A stretch of DNA of 64,000 bases from positions 992,001-1,056,000 of the forward strand of contig MU008159.1 in NCBI GenBank assembly GCA_010909165.1, given 5' to 3'. Source of the DNA: Anthoceros angustus (taxonomy: Eukaryota; Plantae; Anthocerotophyta). Positions 1 through 14,200 of this stretch are shown here, piece after piece. The translations under genes and the position numbers were made by a program. The number at the start of each line of letters is the position of its first letter. The stretch's first letter is position 1. Below the pieces are notes generated by a model. It ran no database searches, was not told the origin of the DNA, and saw only the letters and a list, made by a program, of their open reading frames with translations.

Positions 1-70
1 AGAAACAACGCCTTTTCCAACGTTGTTTTGGAGCGTTGTTTTGAGGGGCAAAAATGTAGTAGTGCGGCTA

Positions 71-1417
71 TGGTCCAACATGGTAAAGATGGACGGAAAA
101 AGCGTTAACTCCAAGAAGCTAAGCATAAAACCATGGAAGCTGTCCTCCAATTGCACCACCGGCACTCCATTCACGTGCTGTGCCAACGAGCTTAGACTTA
201 GATAGCGGACTGCGATTTGCGGGCGGTAGAGCTCGAAAGAGTGCAGTGCAACTACGGTGAAATAACGGGGAAACAAAGTCAATTGGCCATGTGTCCTGGC
301 GAGCAAAAATGGAAGCACGAGCTGAAAAAAGTATCCCAAGTAAGAGGTGCATTACCATCCACCGGTGGTGGGTTCGAATTAATTCGAAAGTCCTCATCCG
401 CCTCACCCGCCTAAACACGTTGCTCAACCATGATCCGGATCTGGACCACGGTTCATGGATCTTCCTTGATGCCACTTTCCTCTCTCGGAGGTTTGCTCCA
501 AAATGCCCTCGGTGGGCGGAGTTCTCCGCCCCTCCTTGTGCATTCACACGCTCTTCCCTGCAGTGATCCGGACTTGTTGGTGTTTATTTTTCCGTTTCCT
601 TTCTTGAAGCACATCACACCAAGCGCAATCGCGTGCAGGATGTCGGGCACAATTGGAAAGACTATCCATCCTCTAACGATTCTTTGCGGTGGATCGCGGA
701 TGGCGATTGAAACCCATTCCTCGTAGACCGGAAGTACCGGCATCGCACCATCGTGAGAAAGGAGTGAGCACGTGGGGCGCAATGTCCGGTGACATCAAAT
801 CGGCATTCAAAACCAAGTTGCTGGCGGATCTGGTGGCCGGACCCACAAATGAGGAGGAGCGGATCTGGTCCGGACCAAGAGTGAAAGCGTGATCCGGTCG
901 GAAAAGATAGAAGGAGGAGATGTTTGTGCGCTAGCAAAGGTGAGTGGCATCTTGCCACGCGGCTTGGGTTGTGAAACGTCTAGGCCGGGTTGAACACACC
1001 GCGCAGCAACATTGGGCGATAAGCGCATTCGTTTGCCCGACGCCATCGACGTATCACGCGATCGCGTGCCACCACGCTGGTCAGCTGCGAGGCCCCACCG
1101 TCTCCTTTCAAATTCGCAATCAAAATTTGGGTAGCTGGTAAGAACCGTAGTCGAGTCAAAATGTCCGTCATATCCATGTTGGAAAGTAAAGGAAAACTTT
1201 ACTAGAAATGGTATACGGTGGGGAGGGAATCGATGAGTTGAAGTGGGTAGCAAGGCATGGATTGAGAGCATGCCTTGGAGTGGTATAGTGGTTGAGGGTT
1301 AATGGAATGCTTAGTTGTGCGAAGGTTGGTGACGTGGTGATATATGGGGACGTGAGCTCTAAGTGATGTGTGTGCATGATTGTAGGGAAGGGGAAAGCTG
1401 GTGGAAGGTGAAGGCCA
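71..1417 (+). repeat. Deletion-rich copy of the CMC transposon interior (55652-57056)
   Basis: Aligns by eye along its length, from tggtccaacatggtaaagatggacgg to ggtggaaggtgaaggcca, with many 1-6 nt indels. Confidence 0.9.
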
Positions 1418-1670
1418 ACTTGCTACCATTCACAACATATGCAAAGTTGAAGGAAAGTGACAATATTATTGATTGCCTTGAGAGCTGAGCGGTGCCTTGA
1501 GAAGGCTGACGGTGCACTCTCGAGATTAGGGTAAGAGGCATGCTAGGTGACTTATTGGTGGGCAATTGCACGGTGGACATGTATGTCAAAATGTGGCCCT
1601 GGAAGTTGCGAGGGGTTTTGAGAGCTTGGCCACAAAAGATGTAGTGACATTGAATGCACATGCATAGATT
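1407..1670 (+). pseudogene. PPR (PLS-class) gene fragment, degraded copy of ~60360-60630
   Basis: Contains ggtgacttattggtgggcaattgc...gtggacatgtatgtcaaaatgtggc (DLLVGNC.VDMYVKC) with frameshifts. It matches 41224-41485 almost exactly. Confidence 0.7.
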
Positions 1671-3068
1671 CTTCGTTACTGGTGTCCCCACTAGGAGTGT
1701 TCGGACCTACAGGGCTAGTTTTGCATGCCCATAAAGCACAACATGATGTAAGCAAGTTGTGAGCAGTGGAGGAAGGAACTTGGAGGCGAGACCATGAGGA
1801 CCCGCTCAAAAGATCATGAGGAGACTTGATGCCATGGATCGGGGAGATTAAAAGGCGGTAGCTGGTGAAGAAGAGCGGAAGAGCTGAACTGAGCACGAGG
1901 CGGTCTGTAAAAGTCTAAGAAGTTGAGGTGAGCATCGGGCCTCAAAGACTTATAAAGCTTGACCCTCAAGCCGTGGCAAAAGAACATAGTTTTGAACATT
2001 TTCACCTTAGTTATAATAGTTGAGGCGTGCATATACATCTCAAGCTCCTGACTAGTTGCATTCCTTTGTACAACGACAAGCATGTCGAGTTGTAAGGTGG
2101 ACGGAAATTGCACAAGCTACATTGCAAGCGAACAACAGACATTAATCCCACCCATCTCTTCCGATTTTCCATCACACCTCGAGCCTTTCCATCAAAAAGT
2201 CAAGCTACCACATTCTCGCCCACCGCAAAAAGCGCAATCTAATAATTTGAACAAGCGAGACCACGCGGCGAGCAAACTAAGGACAAAACAAAGCGTACAT
2301 ACAGAAATCAATAAAGTTGGTTCACACCTTCCTCGGGATTTGAGCAAGCGTATACCACACATTGCCACAATCTTTGACGGCACACATAGGTCTTTGCATT
2401 ACACCTAGAAATTCGACAACAACAAAATTGCGTGTGTTAGCGTTCCTCCTAGGGACTTGACAAGCTGCCTTCCCGCAGTAGCCTGCCTTGGTCTTGTGCT
2501 CATAGCCTTGCAACCACCTTGCGTCGCATGCAGTGGGCACCACACTCTTGGTGCCGGCATCCTCTTGGATTGGAGTGATCATGTGCTTTCTCCCACCGTG
2601 TGTGAGAGGGAGACTGGCCCAAGCTTGGCCATTTTGCGGGTTATTTCCGACTTTCTGTTTAAGGGCATTTTAGTAATTATCGGTACCAAGGATTAAACTA
2701 AGCTAACAAAACCTACTTGCTAAGCCCTAGCTTCTAAGAGTTAGTTCCTAGCATCGGTTCACGTCGGTATGTCGTCTTCATCGGTATGTGTGACAAAACC
2801 AAGCTTGCTCACACTTCTTCTGGTTTTCACCCGCCTTTGCAAGGGAAAAGAGGCCTGTCGAGGCCAAACAAAAGAAAAGTGCTAAAATTCTACCTATACC
2901 CCGGTGATGGGCCAGGCGGAAACAATCGTGAAAAGAAAGAAACAAGGCATACAGCGTCTTGAAACAAATGCCACATGGAACCAAGAATGAGGCCAGCAGA
3001 ATCCTAGAACTCTGCGGCCGCATTCACAATGGAAAGCGGGTCGTCTAAACAAAAGGTCCACACAATTC

Positions 3069-6000
3069 CATCACACCAAGCGCAATCGCGGTGCAGATGT
3101 CGGGCACAATTGGAAAGACTATCCATCCTCTAACCCGATTCTTTGCGGTGGATCGCGGATGGCGATTGAAACCCATTCCTCGTGACCGAAGTACCGCACC
3201 ATCGTGAGAAAGGGTGAGCACACGTGGAGCGCAATGTCCGGTGACATCAAATCGCTTACAAAACCAAGTTGCTGGCGGATCCGTGGCCCACAAATGAGGA
3301 GGCGGATCTGGTCCGGACCAAGAGTGAAAGCGTGATCCGGTCGAAAAGATAGAAGAGGAGGAGATGTTTGTGCTAGGTGAGTGGCACCGCTGCACGGGTT
3401 GTGAAACGTCTAGGCCAGTTGAACACCGCACGTACGGCAACATTGGGCGATAAGCGCGTCGTTTGCGAGCGTGGGACGCCACCATCGGCGTATCTGCGAT
3501 CGTGCCACACGCGCAATTCGCCGCTGCGAGGCCCCACCCGCACCGCCTCCTTTCAAATTCGCAATCAAAATTTGGGTAGTGGTAAGAAAGTAGTCGAGTC
3601 AAAATGTCTCCATGTTGGAAAGTAAAGGAAAACTTACATACTAGAAATGGTATACGGTGGGGAGGGAGCGCAACCGATGAGTTGAAGTGGGTAGCAAGGC
3701 ATGGATTGGAGCATGCCGGATCGGAGTGGTATAGTGGTCGTTGAGGGTTAATGGAATGCTTAGTTGTGCAAAGGTTGCGGCGTGGTGATATAGGGTGAGC
3801 TCTAAGTGATGTGTGTGCATGATTGTAGGGAAGGGAAGGAAAGGTGGTGGAAGGTGAAGGCCATGTCGAGGAAGGCACAAATACCGGTGAGAGAAGGAAG
3901 ATGGAGGAAAGGTGGCAAGCAGGGCGTCACCATCAAGTGATCTTGGGAGGCAACGTAGATGGTGGGGAACTGGATGTGTGATGGCATTGCCAGCGACAAG
4001 GCGTATCACACGATCTGGTCTAAAAGCGTGAGTCATGAGTCGTCGAGACGTTGGAGTCGCCGGTGCATGGTGGGTGGTGATGGTCAATCGACAACAAACG
4101 GAGGAAATTGGTCTTCCACCTTTGTAGCCTAGCATTCTGAGGGGTCCTCTGCCGTTAAAGTGGTAATTGAGGTCTGGATAGGTCTAGGAAGTTGTGGAGG
4201 AACCACGAAAACAATGGTGTTGGTCTAAAGAGTCACCAAGTGACGTCAGCGCTTTAGTTTAGAGGCACATGTATTGTGCAAGACGCATATGTTCATATCA
4301 CTTGAAAGGCGACATGTTTAGTTAAAGCCAATGACATCGGTGGCAACAAAGTCGAAAGGGATAGAGGACGCTTGAAGTGTCCAAAAATTCCAATTAATTT
4401 GTCAATAAAATCAAACATATATATGCAAGGTATGAGAGTGAGTAAGGGTTAGCACATACATATTAGTACATAAACAAGTCTTGAAGCCTATATACGTATA
4501 TATTATACAAAGGAGGGTACATATAAGTACTAATATAATATAAGTCCACTAATATAATATAAGTATAGAAGGATGTGTACATATATATGTACACATACTT
4601 ATATGTACAAAGGATATGCAAAGGAGGTAAGGCAAAACAAATGAAAACCCCATTGCATCCGTCACGAGAAGCATAAGCTCCTCATCATCATCCTCCCACA
4701 AACACGGGTAGTGCGGTGGATCGCGGATGGCGATTGAAACCCATTCCTCGTGACCGAAGTACCGCACCATCGTGAGAAAGGGTGAGCACACGTGGAGCGC
4801 AATGTCCGGTGACATCAAATCGCTTACAAAACCAAGTTGCTGGCGGATCCGTGGCCCACAAATGAGGAGGCGGATCTGGTCCGGACCAAGAGTGAAAGCG
4901 TGATCCGGTCGAAAAGATAGAAGAGGAGGAGATGTTTGTGCTAGGTGAGTGGCACCGCTGCACGGGTTGTGAAACGTCTAGGCCAGTTGAACACCGCACG
5001 TACGGCAACATTGGGCGATAAGCGCGTCGTTTGCGAGCGTGGGACGCCACCATCGGCGTATCTGCGATCGTGCCACACGCGCAATTCGCCGCTGCGAGGC
5101 CCCACCCGCACCGCCTCCTTTCAAATTCGCAATCAAAATTTGGGTAGTGGTAAGAAAGTAGTCGAGTCAAAATGTCTCCATGTTGGAAAGTAAAGGAAAA
5201 CTTACATACTAGAAATGGTATACGGTGGGGAGGGAGCGCAACCGATGAGTTGAAGTGGGTAGCAAGGCATGGATTGGAGCATGCCGGATCGGAGTGGTAT
5301 AGTGGTCGTTGAGGGTTAATGGAATGCTTAGTTGTGCAAAGGTTGCGGCGTGGTGATATAGGGTGAGCTCTAAGTGATGTGTGTGCATGATTGTAGGGAA
5401 GGGAAGGAAAGGTGGTGGAAGGTGAAGGCCATGTCGAGGAAGGCACAAATACCGGTGAGAGAAGGAAGATGGAGGAAAGGTGGCAAGCAGGGCGTCACCA
5501 TCAAGTGATCTTGGGAGGCAACGTAGATGGTGGGGAACTGGATGTGTGATGGCATTGCCAGCGACAAGGCGTATCACACGATCTGGTCTAAAAGCGTGAG
5601 TCATGAGTCGTCGAGACGTTGGAGTCGCCGGTGCATGGTGGGTGGTGATGGTCAATCGACAACAAACGGAGGAAATTGGTCTTCCACCTTTGTAGCCTAG
5701 CATTCTGAGGGGTCCTCTGCCGTTAAAGTGGTAATTGAGGTCTGGATAGGTCTAGGAAGTTGTGGAGGAACCACGAAAACAATGGTGTTGGTCTAAAGAG
5801 TCACCAAGTGACGTCAGCGCTTTAGTTTAGAGGCACATGTATTGTGCAAGACGCATATGTTCATATCACTTGAAAGGCGACATGTTTAGTTAAAGCCAAT
5901 GACATCGGTGGCAACAAAGTCGAAAGGGATAGAGGACGCTTGAAGTGTCCAAAAATTCCAATTAATTTGTCAATAAAATCAAACATATATATGCAAGGTA

Positions 6001-6460
6001 TGAGAGTGAGTAAGGGTTAGCACATACATATTAGTACATAAACAAGTCTTGAAGCCTATATACGTATATATTATACAAAGGAGGGTACATATAAGTACTA
6101 ATATAATATAAGTCCACTAATATAATATAAGTATAGAAGGATGTGTACATATATATGTACACATACTTATATGTACAAAGGATATGCAAAGGAGGTAAAA
6201 TAGGAAGGAAGGATACCCCGGGAGATAGAGGTCCTTGTTACAATCATGTTACAAGAGGAAGAGGGAAGAGTATAAAATGGTTGTGATAGGGGAGCTCCTT
6301 CTCACAATCATGATGGAGGAGAAGTGAAAGAGTATAAAAGGGTGTGATAAGGGGAGCAATAACTAGCATGGTGAGGTGAGAGGAGAGAGACCAAGCATTG
6401 TGTTAAGATGGTGTGAGAAGGTGGATAAGAAATTGACACCTTGAACACCAAGCCACCAAA
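3069..6460 (+). repeat. Two successive copies of the CMC interior; 4712-6198 repeats 3144-4630 at offset 1568
   Basis: ORF translations are identical (3377/4945, 3641/5209, 3802/5370). The copies are separated by ~100 nt matching 43072-43170. Confidence 0.9.
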
Positions 6461-6790
6461 ATCAGCACTCCATTGGGCCTAACTTCGCACCCTCGGCACA
6501 TGTCTGCTGCTAGCTGTCAAGGTGTCCACAGTTTGCCTTTGCAAGTATCTGAAATCCCTTCTGAATTTCTTGACTTGGGCTGAATGACCACTGGTGTCAT
6601 CTGTAAGGAATCCGGTCTTGAGCTATGTTGAGGTTGGCCATAGCCATTGGCATAACACTGCCGAAATAGTATGCCTCCCCAATCACTCGAGCCCATGTGG
6701 ACGGGATCATCAAGGCTGTACCACCTCCTGCATCTTCTTAGCTATTGTACTCGGCACCACGACCAAAAGCAAGTAAGGGGAGAAGTGTGC

Positions 6791-9700
6791 CAAGGCATGG
6801 ATTGAGAGCATGCCTTGGAGTGGTATAGTGGTTGAGGGTTAATGGAATGCTTAGTTGTGCGAAGGTTGGTGACGTGGTGATATATGGGGACGTGAGCTCT
6901 AAGTGATGTGTGTGCATGATTGTAGGGAAGGGGAAAGCTGGTGGAAGGTGAAGGCCATGTCGAGGGAGGAAGGCACAAATACCGGTGGAGAGAAGGAAGA
7001 TGGAGGAAAGGTGGCAAGCAGAGCGCCATCAAGTGATGCCGGAGGCATAGATGGTGGGGAACTGGATGTGTGATGGCATTGCCAGCGACAAGGCGTATCA
7101 CACGATCTGTGTCTAAAAGCGTGAGTCACGAGTCGTCGGGTTGGAGTCGCCATGCATGGGTGGACCGGTGATGGTCAATCGACAAAGCAGGAAATTGGTC
7201 TTCCCACCTTTGTAGCCTAGCATTCTGAGGGGTCCTCTGCCGTTAAAGTGGTAATTGAGGTCGCTGGATAGGTCTAGGAAGTTGTGGAGGAACCACGAAA
7301 ACAATGGTGTTGGTCTAAAGAGTCACCAAGTGACGCTTAGTTTAGAGGCACATGTTTGTATTGCATGCATGTTCATATCACTTGAAAGACGCACATGTTC
7401 GTAGTTAAAGCCAATGACATCGGTGGCAACAAAGGGAAGGGATAGAGGGGCGGCAAGTGTCCAAAAATTCCAATTAATTTGTCAATAAAATCAAACATAT
7501 ATATATGCAAGGTATGAGAGTGAGTAAGGGTTAGCACATACATATTAGTACATAAACAAGTCTTGAAGCCTATATACATTGTATACGTATACAAAGGAGG
7601 TACATATAAGTACACTAATATAATATAAGTCCACTAATATAATATAAGTATAACGGAAGGATGTGTACATATATATGTACACATACTTACATATGCAAAG
7701 GATATGCAAAGGAGGTAAAATAGGAAGAGAAGGATACCCCGGGAGATAGAGGTCCTTGTTACAATCATGTTACAAGAGGAAGAGGGAAGAGTATAAAATG
7801 GTTGTGATAGGGGAGCTCCTTCTCACAATCATGATGGAGGAGAAGGAGTGAAAGAGTATAAAAGGGTGTGATAAGGGGAGCAATAACTAGCATGGTGAGG
7901 TGAGAGAGAGACCAAGCATTGTGTTAAGATGGTGTGAGAAGGTGGATAAGAAATTGACACCTTGAACACCAAGCCACCAAAGAGTGTTGCAATTTTGAAG
8001 TGGTACATGAAGTGAGAGACCAAGCATTGTGTTAGGATGGTGGGAGAAGGAAGAGAAAAAATTGACCAAGTGAACACGGTCATCAAACGTGTTGCAAGTT
8101 GGAAGTGTTACATAAAATTGCAACAACGTAAGGGCAAGTGGGAAATTATTAACAATGCTTGTGAGAGAGGTGTATCCATAAGGGTGAGGTGGGGAAGAGA
8201 GTGCAAGGTTCGTGTTAAGATGGTTGCACTAAACGGGAGAATCGACAAACTTAATACCAAGCCTCCAAAACATGTTGCAATGTGGAAGTGTAACAAAAAT
8301 TGCAACATCATTTATAACATAGGTGCCCTTTTCTAGTAGGGGCCGTGCACAGGCAAGTTCGTGGAAGTATTTGTGGACGATATTAGTGTACTCCGCCAAT
8401 GCTGCGGACCACAAACGACTCCATTAGTCTTGTGACTTTGAGAGAGCACATGTTTGCTAGAAGAAAGAAGTCTGAATTCTTCAAGACAAGGTGCATTATC
8501 CTGGGCTTCATAGTGTCCATTCTGGTGTAGAAGTTGACCCGGTGCAAGCTATTCAGATTGGCCGCCGAGAATCTCACGGAGATCGGCAATTCACAGGCAT
8601 GTGTGTGCAAATGAAGTCCTTCATACCTCAATATGCAAAGGCGGGTTCACACGACGAGATGCAAGCTTGCAAAATTCCCCTCTTCGAGCCACAGTCGGTC
8701 GGGCACTCGGCACAGCTACCAGCGGCTAAGCACGTGTGCAAAAATGCAGGGCGTGCTTGAGGACTTATCGATAGAGCCACAACCTCCACCCATTTGGAGA
8801 AATGCTCCATCATGACAAGTATGTAGACATTGCCTCTCGGCGTCCTAGTCAATTCTCCAATGAGGTCGCGGGACCGGTGAACAAGCCCATGATGGGCGAG
8901 GGTGGAAGGTGAAGGCCATGTCGAGGGAGGAAGGCACAAATACCGGTGGAGAGAAGGAAGATGGAGGAAAGGTGGCAAGCAGAGCGCCATCAAGTGATGC
9001 CGGAGGCATAGATGGTGGGGAACTGGATGTGTGATGGCATTGCCAGCGACAAGGCGTATCACACGATCTGTGTCTAAAAGCGTGAGTCACGAGTCGTCGG
9101 GTTGGAGTCGCCATGCATGGGTGGACCGGTGATGGTCAATCGACAAAGCAGGAAATTGGTCTTCCCACCTTTGTAGCCTAGCATTCTGAGGGGTCCTCTG
9201 CCGTTAAAGTGGTAATTGAGGTCGCTGGATAGGTCTAGGAAGTTGTGGAGGAACCACGAAAACAATGGTGTTGGTCTAAAGAGTCACCAAGTGACGCTTA
9301 GTTTAGAGGCACATGTTTGTATTGCATGCATGTTCATATCACTTGAAAGACGCACATGTTCGTAGTTAAAGCCAATGACATCGGTGGCAACAAAGGGAAG
9401 GGATAGAGGGGCGGCAAGTGTCCAAAAATTCCAATTAATTTGTCAATAAAATCAAACATATATATATGCAAGGTATGAGAGTGAGTAAGGGTTAGCACAT
9501 ACATATTAGTACATAAACAAGTCTTGAAGCCTATATACATTGTATACGTATACAAAGGAGGTACATATAAGTACACTAATATAATATAAGTCCACTAATA
9601 TAATATAAGTATAACGGAAGGATGTGTACATATATATGTACACATACTTACATATGCAAAGGATATGCAAAGGAGGTAAAATAGGAAGAGAAGGATACCC

Positions 9701-11223
9701 CGGGAGATAGAGGTCCTTGTTACAATCATGTTACAAGAGGAAGAGGGAAGAGTATAAAATGGTTGTGATAGGGGAGCTCCTTCTCACAATCATGATGGAG
9801 GAGAAGGAGTGAAAGAGTATAAAAGGGTGTGATAAGGGGAGCAATAACTAGCATGGTGAGGTGAGAGAGAGACCAAGCATTGTGTTAAGATGGTGTGAGA
9901 AGGTGGATAAGAAATTGACACCTTGAACACCAAGCCACCAAAGAGTGTTGCAATTTTGAAGTGGTACATGAAGTGAGAGACCAAGCATTGTGTTAGGATG
10001 GTGGGAGAAGGAAGAGAAAAAATTGACCAAGTGAACACGGTCATCAAACGTGTTGCAAGTTGGAAGTGTTACATAAAATTGCAACAACGTAAGGGCAAGT
10101 GGGAAATTATTAACAATGCTTGTGAGAGAGGTGTATCCATAAGGGTGAGGTGGGGAAGAGAGTGCAAGGTTCGTGTTAAGATGGTTGCACTAAACGGGAG
10201 AATCGACAAACTTAATACCAAGCCTCCAAAACATGTTGCAATGTGGAAGTGTAACAAAAATTGCAACATCATTTATAACATAGGTGCCCTTTTCTAGTAG
10301 GGGCCGTGCACAGGCAAGTTCGTGGAAGTATTTGTGGACGATATTAGTGTACTCCGCCAATGCTGCGGACCACAAACGACTCCATTAGTCTTGTGACTTT
10401 GAGAGAGCACATGTTTGCTAGAAGAAAGAAGTCTGAATTCTTCAAGACAAGGTGCATTATCCTGGGCTTCATAGTGTCCATTCTGGTGTAGAAGTTGACC
10501 CGGTGCAAGCTATTCAGATTGGCCGCCGAGAATCTCACGGAGATCGGCAATTCACAGGCATGTGTGTGCAAATGAAGTCCTTCATACCTCAATATGCAAA
10601 GGCGGCCGTTCCACGGACCGACGAGATGCAAGCTTGCAAAATTCCCCATGTGTCGGAGACGGCGTTCGAGAAACTTGAAAGAGGCAATTGCGTCGGGTTA
10701 CATTGCGGACATGAAGAAGCCATTAAATCGTGAGCAGATGCTTGACTTTGCATTAGGAGCGATCCTGCGGCAAGAAGGAAGAGCATCGATTACTTGTCGA
10801 GTACAAGGGCGAGCTCAACTACACCACACGACAAGGGCTTAGCGATGGTGTATGCATTAAAAGCACAGACATTACACCATGGGAGTGAGTTTGTTGTGTA
10901 CACGGATCACGAGTCGGAGCATTTTACAAGCAGCCCTTGCTCAACCCTCGACAAAGGAGATGGGCGAATTCGCGAGACTTCCACATGACAATCTCATATT
11001 GCCGGGCAAAGCCAATTTGATTGCGAGATGCTTTGAGCGGTCTGCAACGTAATCTTTGAAAGTCGAGACACATGGAGAGCGGTTGGAGAACACTCACAAG
11101 ATGAGTATCTAAGTGATGTGTTGACAAAGCTAGAAGCGATCTCATCCTTTGGTAGGCCCACGCAACTCGGCGACAAGTTCAAGGTGCACCAAGGGTGCTT
11201 ATACGAAAAGGCAAGTTGTGCAT
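6791..11223 (+). repeat. Two copies of the CMC right half with TIR (ends 8341 and 10302) and flanking gypsy C RT; 8901-10590 repeats 6940-8629 at offset 1961
   Basis: The junction ttttctagtaggg|gccgt occurs at 8341, 10302 and 58479, each followed by gtggaagtatttgtggacgatatt (VEVFVDDI). Confidence 0.9.
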
Positions 11224-14200
11224 CCCATACTAAAAAATGAGGTGTGAGCGGTGTAAGTCCGCTTCACACCAAGTGACCATGTGCACACGTGTCAGTCGAC
11301 CCTATCACCGGTGGTGGCACCAAGCGCTCGACACCATTGCCCGACTTGCGAATCATGTAGCCATCACGCCAATAATCTTATTGAACTGCGCACCTGTTCT
11401 TTTCAGGGTCAGCCTCGTCCATATACAGTGCAAATCTGAAGAGCATTCACATCTTCCCAAATGTCCTTTTGCATTGAGCGACAAACAATCATCCAAGGCG
11501 GTCATGGCAACAAGGGCAACGCGGCTGACATCGGCGCAATCTCCTCCTCATGGTCCGCCTAGCCTCGGTGACATCACTGCGGTCGTCCGGATTTCTAGAT
11601 AGCATGTCGCATTTTGGTGTGTCACTCGGCACTGTGCTCCACAAGGAAGTCATAATCTTGAAGTATCATGGCCCGTGAGCGACCCACTCAATTTTGTGTT
11701 AGTCATCGCCATTTCAATGGGCGATGATCGATCTAACAAGCTGACCATACAAATATGGGAGTAGCAGCCCAAGCAGTAGAGGCACTCCCCTCATAGCTGT
11801 AATTGGCCTCCGCTCGGTTATTACTCCTCGAGGCATAAGCGATCACGCTCCTTGCCCTGCTCATCCTCTTGTGCAAGCACGCCCAAGTCCCAGACGGCTC
11901 AATCGGTGTGTAACACAAATGGCTTGCTAAAATCGGCCTAGCCATGGTAGTGACCTGGTCAATTGCTCCTTCAACATGTCAAAAGCTTGCTGCGCCAACT
12001 CTCCATGCCCATTCCACGTCTTTCCTCAACATGTCATTCAAGGGTTTTACAATTCTGAAATTGCATGTAAACCTATAATAGTTGCATAACCCAAGAAAGG
12101 CGCAAGGCGACACGTTGGTGGGCTCCTTCACTGCGGATAGCCTGTACCTTGGCTGAGTGGGGCATCACCCGTTAGGCGATTACGTGACCTAAATATGCCA
12201 CGTGTTCATTCCAAATTCACATTTGGACGGGTGACATGTGAGCTCTGCCTTCCTTAGCCTCTGGAACAGCTCCTCTAAGTGTGCCGGTGATCCTCAAAGG
12301 CGTCTTGTGAACCCGGCCACGTCGATAGCACAACAAGTTGGCACATCCGGTAAAACGGATCCATCACCTGAAAAGTGGCGGGTGCGTTCTTGAACCGAAT
12401 GGCATCACCAGCCATTCCACAGCTATTGGGACCCGTGAAGCGGTCTTCTTGATGTCCTCTTACGCAGCGGGAATCGTTAAAACCACGAAGGTCCAAAGTA
12501 GAGAAGAAGGCAGGCGCCAATCTTTGTCAAATATCTCCTCCCGGCATTGGGTACCGATCCTGCGGTGACGGCATTGATGGGACGATAGTCCCCACACATC
12601 CGTTCTCCGTCCACGCCTTGGGCATCCTTCTTTAAGCGGCATGACGATTCTTTGCGGCATAATCGGCTTTGGATAGCGGATAAGCCACCTTCAAGAAGCT
12701 CACGACACCTAGCATCGACCATCTCCCTCCGTCTTGCTCAACAGCGCGGGTAGATGGGCTCACTGCTGTCGAGTTGATCCATCTGATCACATTGCGGTGA
12801 GGTCCTTCATGGTAAAAGGCAAAGCGATCCGATACTTGAGCGAGAGTGTGGATGCGTGTCTTACGCCCATCTCGATCCATCCCCATGCCACGGAAAGTCT
12901 CGGCATTTAGCTTAGGCTTTGCGGGACTGGATCATCTAAGCGCTCTCTGGCTGGTGGAGGCGGAAAAAGCACTGAGGGCGCCACGGACTGCTCCACCCCC
13001 GCATCCGGCCGGAAGGCATGTATGCATATCCGAGAAAGGAGATGAAGCTGCGTCATTTGGACACATCTTGTGATGGGCTCGTACCATGGCTAAGCGGCGT
13101 GGGTGAAAAGCCAAGCACGGACTCACTAACCACGTGAGTGCGTGAACATCCATGGCTGCCTAGAGCGCTTCTTGTTGGTGGTGTAACCGTAGGGCTGGCA
13201 TGGGAATGGTGAAAGCCCATAATGCGTTCGCTCCGGCCACAGTGGGTTCCTCCCAGCTGCTGCGTGTTGGTGTTCAGCGGCATCCCTCGACCACATGGCG
13301 AATGAACACGGAAAGCTAACCCGGTGGGCGAGGTGGCAGTGTGTTGGTTTTGAACCAAGGCGCCGCGCTCATGGCGGTAACAAGCGGGGCTGGTGATGAT
13401 CCTCCGGCCGATTGGTTGAGGCGGGTCCACATGTGTGCCACGCAAAGCGGTCTGCGAGGCGAGGACCAAGTTGGTCCGATAATTCCTCGGTGAGCAAAGC
13501 GCCCACACAGGGCCGCATCTAACGATGGGAGGCCCGGCATAATCTTGAACCACCATGTCTGTTGCACATGTGCTCTGTGTCAAATTGGTGTATTCTCAAG
13601 GAGGTAAGCACATGGTTGTATTCTTGAGCCCATGTGAGGACTGATGTAGATCCTGAGCATTACTGCATCTTGTAGACCGCTCCATGCCCGGCTTGGGAGA
13701 ACCACAGCATTCCCCGGCAATCACCATATCCACATTTCCCAAGGCACAGAATGTGGCCTTCTTGAATGTAACGGACATCCTGCGGTAGGCGGTGAAAGCA
13801 CGTGATAGGCCTCCAAGGGCGATTCTTTGTGGAAAACGCTCATGCAGCCCTTGCGGCTGAACTCTGCGATCTGGCGTCTTTGTGACATCATTGTCACAAT
13901 ACGTGTCAGTATGGACGATCATCAAGAGAGCCTCCGGCCCGATCAGATCCCGCCAAAGAGTTCTACCACCGTGTCCCAGACGATGGCGCCCATGTAATCA
14001 CATTGTGATCGGCACTCGATCTTGAGGTGGTTAACACTGAATCAACAAGTGCATCACTGCTTTTTCTCCATCTTTTGCATAGCGTGAGCTGCTCGGATGA
14101 TCGGGTTGTGCAAGGGCATGTTGCAACTGTGAGATCCATGGACGGAATGGCGTCATCGACTTCAAGATTGTGCATCTTGGCTGGTTAGCATCTTGGACTA

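Noticed and set aside
3045-5703. Long minus-strand ORFs (277, 252 and 164 aa) as genes
   Set aside because: They are Ser/Pro/His-rich frames that differ between noisy copies of the same DNA and drift between frames, with no recognisable domain.
8312-10302. CMC right ends at 8341 and 10302 as independent transpositions
   Set aside because: Both have the same RT flank as 58479 and no left TIR, so they are segment copies.
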